This document shows positions 52,971-64,000 of a stretch of DNA of 64,000 nt, in pieces. The DNA lies in assembly GCF_964194025.1 (NCBI RefSeq), contig NC_134475.1, positions 11,470,001-11,534,000 on the forward strand. Direction: 5' to 3'. Within the stretch, counting starts at the first letter, position 1. Each line of letters starts with the position of its first letter. The translations under genes were made by a program, and so were the position numbers. Origin of the DNA: Convolutriloba macropyga (taxonomy: Eukaryota). The notes beneath the pieces were generated by a model. It did not search any database. It was not told the DNA's origin and saw nothing but the letters and a program-made list of their open reading frames with translations.

Positions 52971-55900
52971 CCTTGTGTGCGGTCGCACATTACCGAGCCT
53001 CCTTGCTGATGTTAAAGCATATATTTGATTAGTTTTTCTCCGTTGCATTGTTGCTTCTCTGGTAATTTATCAGTCGACATCAATACTGATGTTACTTCCC
53101 TGTCTGAGAATTCCTAGAATATGTTTGATATTTTAAAAAATACTGAAAATCAAAAATGAATTCAAATGCATAAAATCTGGGAAGATTAATTTTGGAAGAT
53201 CCAGCCTTACGCGCAACCAACAGGCTACCCTATACTTTTGAAACCGTTAATCATCATACTAAAAGTCATATTATTCCTAAGAAATGGGGCGGTCTACCAC
53301 ACACCTTTTGACTCATTTTGAATTTTGAAATTTCAATATACATATTCATACCACACATCTATTAGAAATACGTATTTCAAAAAGTATTACAGAACATTTA
53401 TATCAATCAGAAGCAACGAGTTAGCGGAAACTTTGCCTGAAAAAAAAAGATTACCAAAATGTAAAATTATCCACAAAACAATAAATTAATTGTTTTGTTT
53501 TTCTATAATAATTAAAAATAAAAAAATGCATTATTCTCTCGAACTATTAATCTAACACTACCTTAAGAGATGCGGGAAAAACACCTTGTACTGCAAAAAT
53601 TAAGATACACTTTTTTTTGGAACACATGGTCAATAATTGGCAAAAAGATTGGCCCTTTCGTTTTCTGTAATTTTAGAATCACGGTTCATAAGCCTCATAT
53701 CCTCGCTTTTAGTTGTGGTATATGAATGGCATAGAAACAAAGAGACAGAATCATTACATGGCCAATGTACAATAGCGCAAATTTCAATAAAATGTGCTTT
53801 TTGTGGAAACAAAATCACTTTGAGCGTACAATTATCCTAAAAAAATTTTGCTAGAATTTTAATAGTAATTACTTGAAACCAAACTCAAATACTTAAATTT
53901 TCTTGTGAACAGTGCTAGGGGTAACTTAAACACCACTCGTTGTCTTCTTAGCCCCCAATTAGTATCAAGAGAAATATTTCTGAATTTAATCGCCTATTAG
54001 GCTTTCTTTCATTTCGGTAGCTAGATTTCTGTATCCGGAAAGGAGTAATTTTAGCAAAATCAAACTCAATTAGCTTAGTCTCACAGATTTCCACCCACGC
54101 ATAAAACCCCAATCTTGAAAACATGGGTCGTGAAAATACCCGACGAAATTGAGTTTTTATACTCGATTTTTTTGCCATTGCCCACGGAAGATTCAACAAT
54201 GTGGTCGTTTATGTTTTGTCATCCAATGCGATTAAACATGAAACTTGGCCGTTTCTGTAAATACTTACAACGTAGCTTTATAATCGATGAGTAATTGATT
54301 CTGATATATTTTGTTTAATGGAGTTTTTTCATAATTAATGGTATTCATTCTGTTTTTTGCTTGTTTTCGCTTATCACAAATATGGTAAATTTTCACAAGT
54401 AAGCAACTAAATTGTGAATTAATAAAAAAATAGCTAATTTTGAACTCCCTTGGACTGTGTTTACTGTTTTTACTTCTCCGTAAGCACTGTTATATCTTTA
54501 GGTATTTGAATATTAAATGTACTTCACAGACTGAAGAAATTAAGAAAAATTTTCATCAGTGAGACTTTTTATTTAAAAACGCCTTTAAAGCCTATTGAAC
54601 TTATCTCGGAACTCTTTTTTACATTTAACTGAAAAAGATTGTTTTATCCTCACATAATGGTTAATTTTTAAGAAGGGTGTGATTTGAAGTCAAGGAGACT
54701 ATGAATATTGAATTCAGTGAGTATCGAGTGCAGTTCAATATTTTAGGACTGTTGTGCCAGGAGGCACGTGCAATAAAACTGTAACTTCGACACACCAAGT
54801 CATAATTATGATTTTTTATATTGTACATCAATGGTTAGGAAATGGATGACTTTTTCTCGGTAATAGAAGATGATTTGTAACGCAAATCTCACAAAACATC
54901 TGAACTGCTGCCTAGGAACAAGATTGGGTAAAAGGTACCCAAGCATATTGTGCCAAAACGAACTTGATGCTGGGTTTTTTTGAAAAACCGCCAACATTTG
55001 CGTCAGTGAAGCAAGCTAATTATCTTGGTTCTTTGACGTCCGAACATAATACCACCAACTTTGCACATTCAATATTAATTGCAGTCGGAACACCGAACTC
55101 CTGTGTTGTAGTTTTGTTTTATCGTTTTATATTTTTTATCGTTTCATGGTTAAGAGAAATATATCAAGCATTAAATTTTCTCATTATATTAGTGAAGATT
55201 TCAGAGTTTTCTAGAATATATCAATTATAGTGCGTTTGTTGCATTCGGATACGCATTTTTTTTTCAACATTTTCTCGACGTGTTGACATCTACTTTGATT
55301 TCAGGCATTGAAGATATTTAATACTTCTTGCTAGTTAAGTGCTAGCGTAGCTAGCTTGTTGAAAGTGGAACTTTAGTTTGTTTTTAATTGTTGTCGAACG
55401 ACGATTGAGTGAATTATTGCAAACGTGTGTTTCTTTTCCACACAAATTTATACCTGTCTAATTTAAATTCCCCAATGTGTCATCCGAGAACAATTCATCT
55501 GACCTTATGTCTGTTCATCTGATTCCATAATTTTATTGTTGTTTATTTTATCATGCTATTCATTTTTGTTTAGCAATGTACTGCTGTTCATTTTTCTTGG
55601 AAATGTTTTTTTCCAAATTTAACTTGAAAAAATTTTTGAAAAATTTAAAAACTTGAAAAATTTTTGAAAACTTGAAAAGTTTTTAAGTTAAAAAAAATTG
55701 AGGATTTGTGTCTCACTAAACCTTTTGAGTTTTACAGCAAAAAGATCTGTCTATGGTTTTTCAAAATCCATTTCAAAATAGTTGTTTATGATTCTAGCAA
55801 CTAATTTTCTCGTGTTATGAATTTGATGGTAAATAAATTAAAATTGAACAAAGTTGTTTTCAACGTTTTTCATTTTTTTTAAAAAAGTTTTTGCTTCGTT

Positions 55901-56347
55901 GTTTTATTTTCAGTATTTTGCGTAATGATAAATATATAATGAAGTTCTGTTTTTCATCTCCGTGATAGTGTCTGTTGTTGCTTTCTTATTCATTGACCCG
56001 CAAGTTTTTTTTGTTATTGGCCGATTTAATTGGTTGTTGATTTTTTTTACATTGTAAAAGGCTTTTGATTCAAAGCAAACTTAGGTTTTGTCGGCAAATT
56101 GAAAACTTCTATGTGGTAAAAAAAATTTTGAAAATTGTACAAACGATGTACTTGAACGCACTAAAAGTCTGGACAAATTTAATATAGGATCCGTTATCAG
56201 GAGAAGTTTTCTACCCGTTCTTGTTGTTTTAGTTTTAATAAACTTTTGTAAAATTATTATAGCCTCCATTCTTTGAAACTTCTAAATATAAACGTGTTTT
56301 GCGGACGCATGTCAATGAAAATTATGACCTCGTTTTTGTTGCAATAG

Positions 56348-56463
56348 ATGGTGATAGAAAAGAAATTGACAAAGGAGGAGAGGAATGTGTTAGATGCTGT
56401 GAGACAAGACAACTTCAGAGATGTCAAGATTCTCATTCACACTCTCAAGAAGAAATCTAAGAA
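56348..56463 (+). CDS. Ankyrin-repeat protein, first recognised coding exon
   Basis: ATAG|ATG start; MVIEKKLTKEERNVLDAVRQDNFRDVKILIHTLKKKSK; AA|GTCAGT phase-2 donor matches the next exon. Confidence 0.7.
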
Positions 56464-56933
56464 GTCAGTCTAATTTCTTTCTCAACATTCCAAACAGCTT
56501 AACTTTTAACTTTTAACAGTTTCTCCGGTTTCTAGGATAATGAAATTGTTTCTAGGAGAGACATTGTTGATGAGGTTCTACAGTCAGATTAAAAACTACA
56601 TTGAAATAATAATCAGAAATACTGAGGTTATTTACAGAGATGGCTTGGTTATGTACAAGTGTTATTTACCCCAAAACACTTTGAGTGTAAGAAAGGTACC
56701 ATAAAAGTGAAGTATAGATTTTAACATTTCCTTCACAGAGATGTTGTTTCGGAACTGCAAGAGGCCTTTTGGAGTGTTTTTCAACCAAACGAGAAAAATA
56801 TTTGATTGTTGTTGATTGTTGAAGTAACTTTTCATAAATTCCATATATGGCGGTTCATTATAGGTAAGTTTTTTTCTGGTGGTCACCCCGGGACGTGTAG
56901 CATGCGAATTGAGGGTTTTGATTACTGTTTCAG

Positions 56934-57011
56934 AAGTGAATTGGGTGAACTGAACTTCCAGTATGATCATGGCAGGACTCTATTACATGCAGCAGCAGAG
57001 ACAGGATCAAA
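56934..57011 (+). CDS. Ankyrin-repeat protein exon 2
   Basis: TTTCAG| acceptor; SELGELNFQYDHGRTLLHAAAETGSK; phase 2/2. Confidence 0.85.
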
Positions 57012-57147
57012 GTATTGCTTTTTTATTTTTTATCGTTGTGAAAGTTTCTCTTCCATTATGAAGCCCCCATCCCAGGGCCATGATATTAGTACAGTAATTA
57101 GGGTGTGGGTCCATGGGTTCTATGTTCCATCCCCAGTAAGCTGAGTT

Positions 57148-57446
57148 CCCAATGAATCGGAACTTGACACACCTTGATAAGACATGCATGATCTTGACAT
57201 CTCTCGCAAAACTTGAAACATCTCGCCAAGAGCTTGAAATAGCAGCTTTCTAAGGTAAATCTTGATAGGATCTTGGTAAGATCTTATCAATATAGACCAA
57301 AAAAATCTCTTGATAGCTCTTGACAAAATCTTGACAAATCTTACACTTATTGTCGTTTCTGATCGCTGTTTGATGTATCTCGTCCCATGATTTACCATGT
57401 TTTATTATGATTCTTATCAAGGTGTATCAAGTTTCGTTCCAATGGT
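57148..57446. mobile_element. MITE with TCTTGA subrepeats in an ankyrin intron
   Basis: ~35-bp imperfect TIR: CCCAATGAATCGGAACTTGACACACCTTGATAAGA and TCTTATCAAGGTGTATCAAGTTTCGTTCCAATGG. Confidence 0.75.
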
Positions 57447-57655
57447 TTTCAATACTGACTGATAACTTAATGAATTGTGCTGATTTGTATGGAAAAGCTA
57501 ATAATTTTATAAGTTTAAGCTCTCAATAGCTAAATACCGAAATTATTAAATTTGTATATCGACGAGCTTATTGTGTTGGATGACACAATTATGAACGTGC
57601 TTCTTTATGAACATTGAAAAAATTGAGTTGACAGGTGCCAGATCTCATGTTTCAG

Positions 57656-57806
57656 GCAGATGGCGGAAGTTCTGCTGGGGTCTGGGGCGAATTCACACAT
57701 GTCAGACAGCAATGGGTTCCTCCCTGTTCACGTGGCATGTGAGTTGGCACACAGTGAAATCTTGAGATATCTGGTGGAAACATACCCTGACGAAATAAAC
57801 CGGAAG
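57656..57806 (+). CDS. Ankyrin-repeat protein exon 3
   Basis: TTTCAG| acceptor; QMAEVLLGSGANSHMSDSNGFLPVHVACELAHSEILRYLVETYPDEINRK; AAG|GTGAAT donor. Confidence 0.88.
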
Positions 57807-57936
57807 GTGAATAAATTAGGAATCTTTTCTGCCACTGGGATTCGGCATCACTGAGAGTCAAAATGGCGAATATGATGTTGAATTTTTTAAAGCAGTTTTT
57901 GTGTTAGTTGAGCTTGTTTTTATTGTTTTTGTTTAG

Positions 57937-58017
57937 ACTGCGGTTGGAGACACTCTATTGCACTTGGCAGTAAGTGGAAATCATTGTACGCCACTCGACA
58001 TAAAGATGTTAGTGGAG
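57937..58017 (+). CDS. Ankyrin-repeat protein exon 4 (GC donor)
   Basis: TTTAG| acceptor; TAVGDTLLHLAVSGNHCTPLDIKMLVE; GAG|GCAAGT donor, phase 0. Confidence 0.78.
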
Positions 58018-58266
58018 GCAAGTAACAACGACAGTCTTCTATATCATCCCTATTAGTATATCTTTGAAAAAAATTGATTTTGAATTCAAATCGTTCAAAT
58101 TGATCAACTTCGATGAATAAGAAAACAAAAGTTATTTCGTCAAAATGCGATTTGTTATCTTCATTTAAAAAATAAAATATATGTTATCTTATCAATGTTT
58201 AGATCTTGGTAAATTTTGCATTCCACATTATTTACAATAAATAAATTTACATTTAAACAGCAAATG

Positions 58267-58268
<2 letters not shown>

Positions 58269-58349
<81 letters not shown>
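58269..58349. repeat. (AT)n microsatellite
   Basis: ~80 bp of AT repeats with one GT interruption. Confidence 0.97.
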
Positions 58350-58352
<3 letters not shown>

Positions 58353-58399
58353 AATATAAAATGTTGAATTAGTATACTAAGTCAGGATATATATTTGTA

Positions 58400-59152
58400 G
58401 GGTCTAGGAAATAAACCCCCACGGAAAAGAACCCCACAAAAATTCAGATAGGAAACAGACCTCTAAGGAAAAACTAAGGCAGACCGAAGGTGGGCTCTTT
58501 TTACAGCATTAAAGTATAAAGAGCTAGGGCTACTTATTTCTGCGCGCGAAGTAGGCTTACCTATATCTCTTAGACTAACTGACTCGGTAAAACACTGAAG
58601 ATATACTTCAATTATAACGATGTATAAAAGAGTTAACACCGGAGTCAGAGGTATACACATCGTGCTGCTACTCTAATAGACTGACTATAGTTAATGGAGT
58701 TCTCTCTATATAGAAGAGAATAGTGTCTCTCAGCCTCTGATTGGATGGAGGTGTACATCCAGTATTTCTACTGCTACAATACACACCCACCGAAATAAAG
58801 GCCCATTTTAAATATGAATTTTGATCGTGATAATTTGTTCGGTTGTGATAGTTTCATATCAAGTTCCGCGGGGAGTTATTTCCGTGTGGGTTTATTGTCT
58901 ATCTAAAGTTTTTTTACCAGTTAAATTTTGAATTCTTGCAATCTGCGTGGTCTCCATTATCGAATAATCTTGGTTTATATTGATCTAAAATTTAAATGTT
59001 TGCTGATTATTTCTTATTGCTAATTTTAATGTTTTCTCCGATTTCTGACGTTTCTTCCTCTCTCCCTTAGCCTTTTAACTCTCGTTTTTTATATTCCTCG
59101 CGTTAATGAACTGGGCTATTATTCCGGGGGTGGGGGTTTTCTTATCGACACC
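58400..59152. mobile_element. Older MULE-like MITE
   Basis: GGGTCTAGGAAATAAACCCCCAC ... GTGGGGGTTTTCTTATCGACACC imperfect TIRs. Shares TTCGGTTGTGATAG.TTCATATCAAGT with the 4112 element; TSD degenerate. Confidence 0.55.
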
Positions 59153-59389
59153 GATAATTGTGGGCAGTTGCTTATGGACTGATTCGATTAAATTTGATTT
59201 TTGGTATTTATCTGATAATTTTAATGATAGGACATTTAAAGCGGTTCATACGTAGATTTTCGTACACATTTTCCACAAAAATTTTTTCAAATGTTTCCCA
59301 TAAAAATTTGTTTCCCGGTGTATAGTTGCGAAAAAGCCCAGATTGTTCGACCAGGTTAATTCTTTTGTCATTTTTTCTTAAATTTTCAG

Positions 59390-59629
59390 AAAGGCGTGGA
59401 CATGTTAGTACAAAACGAAAAGCAAGAAACTGCCTTTTTGAAAGCCCTCAAGGACAGCGGCAGAACAGAACAAGCGTGCCAACTTCTAAAAATAGCCAAG
59501 CAGAATCGAGACATCAGCCACGATGACCTAATGAAGATGATGACACCAGGAGTGAAAGTGGCAGCAGAAATGGGCAAAATTGCTGTTCTGGAATTGTGCT
59601 TTGAATTTGGCTTTGACCTCAACAGCGCT
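59390..59629 (+). CDS. Ankyrin-repeat protein exon 5; gene probably continues beyond the window
   Basis: TTTTCAG| acceptor; KGVDMLVQNEKQETAFLKAL...AAEMGKIAVLELCFEFGFDLNSA; GCT|GTAAGT donor; 240 nt. Confidence 0.85.
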
Positions 59630-59699
59630 GTAAGTTGCTAGTTAATGACTTAAAAATAGTTTGACGTGGTTCACAGTGGGTCAATAACCGCGTCGATTA

Positions 59700-60078
59700 C
59701 CCGTGCTGAAAATTTCGTCGGATTCAAACTTAAGAAATCATCGTTTTTCGTCGGTTTAAATTCGCAAAAACCGATCAAAACCCTTACGTTTTTTTTCGTC
59801 GTTTTGATCGGTTTTCATCGGTATTTAAACATAAGAATCGTCTGTTTTTGCCGTTCTAAAAATCTTACAAAAAGACAGTCCTTGTCAGGATTGCAATCTA
59901 CACCACCTCTCACTCAGTTTTCCTGTACTTCTTTTGTATTTAAATCAAATTGAGACTGACGATACCGACAAAAACGACGATAGTTGACAGTTCCTACATA
60001 AAAAACCGACGAAATCGACAAAAATCGACAAAAAAACACGCTTCTTGCGTCGATATTGTCGCAATTTCTCAACGCGGG
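59700..60078. mobile_element. CCC...GGG MITE flanked by TA
   Basis: TA|CCCGTGCTGAAAATT ... AATTTCTCAACGCGGG|TA; inverted TTTTCGTCG / CGACAAAA subrepeats. Confidence 0.75.
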
Positions 60079-62366
60079 TAGTCAATCTGATAAATTTTTA
60101 GGGGCTCTGAAACGAAGTTTAGCAGTTGTAATATTGGCGAGATGTCCTTTTCTTCTTCAATTTCTCGGACAAATTTGGAAAATGGAAAATTTCTCTCATT
60201 TGCTCTGCCAACTTTGATCATATCTGCGTATTTCACTTCCAAGTTTATATCAACTTTCCTGGGCGCTGGAAGTTGGGTGGTTAACTACTCACAAAAAGTG
60301 TTCTTATGTTTATAAGACCCTCAACTATTTTTTATAGCCGGTTAAAAGTCGTCGGGTTAAATATATATTTACTTTCGTCATTCTCTTTAGGGGCTGAGAG
60401 AATGTTTAGCGAGGCTTGAATTCTAGAAGTCGAATAACCATTTCTTCGGGTAAAGTGTAACGAATTAGAATTGAAATGCGTTTTTGAAAGTGCCCCAGAG
60501 TTTACTCGCATTTTTACCCGCCAAATTTATCACAAGTCAGTTTTTCAAAATATTACCAAACCCAATAATCAGGCGGCCACATTTTCTCTACCGCACGGAA
60601 ATTCATTTTGACATGCGCCTTCTGACGGAAATAATGTGTTTATGGTACATTTTATCAGAATAAATTACCTTTGCTGTCTTCTAGCTGACTGGTAAATAAT
60701 TTTCAATCATTTGAAAATCACTGATATCTGAAAAACGCAGCAAAAATGCTACCCGGACCTTGTTTCAAGATTAAATCAGTACTGAATCTTTTAAACTCCA
60801 TCGTGTTTTTTCCTCTGCCAAGTTAACTGTTCATGGCATACATTAGACATTTCACTACGAATTGCAGGACAAATAAAATCTTTTCTCGATTATTCATATG
60901 CCCAGCTTGATTATATTACGGCCAGTTATCTGCGCATTATGTCTTTTAAGCGGGTAATTACTGCGCATTAAGCCTTTTAAGCGGGTAATTATATGCGCAG
61001 GATGGTTTACTTGGCGTTCCTACTCTGTATATTAAGCCACGTATCATTCTTTCTGTATATTTTGGCTCAGGCAGGTATAGACATATACATGTAAATCTGT
61101 TTATACGCTACTCAATGCTATTTATATGCGCTACTCCTTTTGAAATGGCTTCATGAAAAGGCGTTTTTTATATTACAGATGAATTAAGAAATGAATATCC
61201 CAAAAACATTCAATTTAATAAACCGGGAAATGAACAGATTCACAGAGTTTAAGTGGTTGAATTTAAATGCAATTGGTATTGTGCGCTCTTTGAACTCGAA
61301 GCTTTGCTCTTTCCCCTCAGTTGATTTCCCGAATTGATTTAGCCACTTGCCCATGTTGTATGCACAGTCTACTGATGAGAGAAGTGTTAAACATTCTGTG
61401 AAGTGTTCACCAATAATGTAATTGAGACGGCGAAGAAGAGGTACAGACTGGGATGTTTCATAATCGACTCTGGGCAGACTGTCAAAAGAATTTATACTTC
61501 TATTTGACTGGTTAAGTAATGGTTTCTATTGAAAGTCAATGGTACACCGCTGAAAAGCACTGCGACCAAGTTCCGGGAACATAAAGATACAAATAAACTA
61601 ATGAGTGAAATCTCTGCCATGATGTTGTTGGTTTCAATGTGTATCGGCAAACCAAAATATCCGCGAATTTTAGGCTGCTCGTTGTTCCTTTCTGCAAGAA
61701 AAAGATGAATGATGAATGCTACTCACTACAGTATTTGTCTTTTGATGCAATTTTTGATCTTGTGATGTTTATGTTGAAACTGCCAACGGTAATAATTTTG
61801 AAAATCGCTTTTGAAAACGGTATTCTATGTGTAGCTAAATTTCGCTACTCCAGGTTTCTACAATAAAAAAGGTTAGGGTTGGTACGCGGGTCGAGGGGTC
61901 AGCCGCTGTATCTGGATATTTTTTGTAGATAATCCAGTGATTGTACGGAAATTATGTAAAATTTGTTCTGATTGCGCTGAAAATACTGAAATAATTTTTT
62001 TTCAGCACATTTCTACGCATTTATTACATAAAATTAGCATTTGATTCAGCAAATTTCTTACTTATTTTCATTAATTGTGAAAATTTCAATTTCAACGGAT
62101 CCAGCACTTATCTAACATAAATTTTCGTGTGAATTGATTGCTCAGTATTGTTTACAACGTTGTACATGTACGCAGCAGTTACGGTCCTTTTTATTTTGCT
62201 TTTCTGTAGAGCCATTAATCAATCAAGAATCTGTGTTGTTCATTTTAATGATAACTCAACTTTTTGAAAAACAGAACAACTGAAAACTGTCAGACTTTCA
62301 TTTTATCTAACGAATTGATGACCATAATACTGAAACCCTCTGGTTTCATTAAATCGAATGTTATAC

Positions 62367-63184
62367 CCCAGCTGCGATAAATGCTTTATCTTAAGAGTTC
62401 GCAAAAATCTTAAGTCTTTTGGCAGATTTCTAACTTTGTTTTAAATTGGACGGCTCGAGTGCAATGCTGATTAGTCTTGCCCCGGCGCTGCTTCTGTATA
62501 TACAGAAGCAGAAAAAACTAAACAAATTTTTCCAATTGTTTAAGAAAAACGTTGAACATGCGTAAGTTGGCTGGTGATATTGTATAAGATAATTGCTGGA
62601 ATTTTTGAAAATTATGTACGAAATGCACCAACAGCCACTACAAAAATATTTTATAAGTGCTGAAATCGTGTAAGAAAGATTCTGAAAATTCAGCAGATTA
62701 AACGGACTATCATGTAAAATTAACCCGCTAAAATTTTTTTCAGCTGTTGTCAGCGCATTTCGTACATAGTCTGTAGCTTCATTCGTTTTGTAATGTTATT
62801 GTCAAAAATTTATTGTTGTTTGTACTAACTATTTTGGTCCTGTTCGTTTTATGGTATTTTTCGCCTTCATTGATTTTTCGTCTGACAATTTGACACTAAA
62901 ACCAAATGAATACAGTTTACTTGTTAATTTCTGTTATTGGAAACTGGTGATTCATGTTTTATGTCATTGACTCCTAACAATTGCCAGTACATTTATCCGC
63001 CCAATGTGCTGAAAAGTGCTGAAATCGTGTAAGAAAGATTCTGAAAATTCAGCAGATTAAACGGACTGTCATTTAAAATTTACCCGCTAAAATTTTTTTC
63101 AGCTGTTGTCAGCGCATTTCATACATAATTTTTGGTAATTTCAGCACTTTTTGTACACAATTTCAGACAAAATCCTCAGCCGGG
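62367..63184. mobile_element. Probable CCC...GGG foldback element with an internal ~110-bp direct repeat
   Basis: CCCAGCTGCGA ... TCCTCAGCCGGG; AAGTGCTGAAATCGTGTAAGAAAGATTCTGAAAATTCAGCAG at ~62655 and ~63014. Confidence 0.5.
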
Positions 63185-64000
63185 TTATTATACTAGATGC
63201 AGTTTTTTCTGTATGATGTTTGCGCGATGTTTGTAAGATAGATTTGCACGTTGTTTGCATTTGTTTCTTCGACTTTTGAAACGGGGGTGACGTAAGCAAG
63301 CTTGAGGTCATTAAGTAACAGAGTAGTGTTATACGTTAGCATTTAAAGCTTTCTTACACAGAAGGTGCTAAAGCGAATGTAAATGCAAGATTTCAAAGTA
63401 AATAGGTCTGTTTTTGAGTCCCAATTGATTTTTCTTCGAAGATTTCCTTGACTTTATCGGTTTGTTGCCAAATTGTTCTTTTTATTTGACGTCCTTTATT
63501 GTTTGTATAGATTTAGTTTGATTGAATATTTTTTGGTAGTGTTTTGGAAGCGTATGTTTTGTCAGTGCTAACTTTAAGACCGATAATTTTGTTTTTGTTG
63601 GTCATTTGTTATTTTGAAATTATTTCGGAGTTTGGTGTTCTTTATAATTGTGAGAGGCCGTTAAAGTTCTTTAAAGGTTAAAACTGGTATTCCTGATAGG
63701 TATTAGATTCACAATATGGTCTTGAAAACAAAACATAAAGAACGTCAAGAAACTTATAAGTAATATTAAATAAGTTAGCAGTGTTTTCCTTTATCAATGG
63801 TAGTCTCATAGGGCTCCACTAGGGTTATTGTTAGCAAGTCATGTTATTTTATTTGTTGAGGCATTGGGAAAAAGCTGTATTTGTAGGACATCAAAATTCA
63901 AAATTTGATGAAATCATTTGTGAGTTTTACAATTTCACAAAAATTAATATTGGTTAATTTTTTTTATTTTTTTTCGCGTGGAGCACCAGAAAATTTCTGT

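Noticed and set aside
53948-54199. Second MAKKS-starting ORF as a paralog of the 48901 ORF
   Set aside because: Similarity limited to ~8 lysine-rich residues; likely chance in AT-rich DNA.
61220-61860. Penelope-like GIY-YIG remnant on the minus strand (IGEHFTEC...EFKERTIPIAF)
   Set aside because: No GIY/YIG or RT motif could be recovered by eye.

Overview
AT-rich, repeat-dense metazoan (invertebrate-type) genomic DNA with spliceosomal introns; no prokaryotic operons or CRISPR arrays. Three host genes can be supported: (1) a 5' coding exon of a DEG/ENaC channel (minus, 3248-3728) lacking the canonical HG motif and apparently entering an LDLa-like module; (2) a spliced berberine-bridge-enzyme (BBE)-like FAD oxidase with both covalent-FAD residues (minus, exons 35162-35007, 34235-34004, 33578-32467, possibly 35434-35384; start exon not found); (3) the first five coding exons of an ankyrin-repeat gene (plus, 56348-59629) with a probable GC-AG intron. 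The rest is mostly mobile DNA: two decayed CR1/L2-type LINEs, a Jockey/I-type LINE, a 5'-deleted BEL/Pao LTR element, Mutator-like MITEs with 9-bp TSDs, CCC...GGG foldback elements, tRNA-derived SINE heads, a ~3.5-kb repeat family and a minisatellite. Three young local duplications have microhomology or templated inverted junctions. A long decayed coding-like tract lies on the minus strand at ~43.5-48.9 kb. All calls come from manual reading; no database searches were run.
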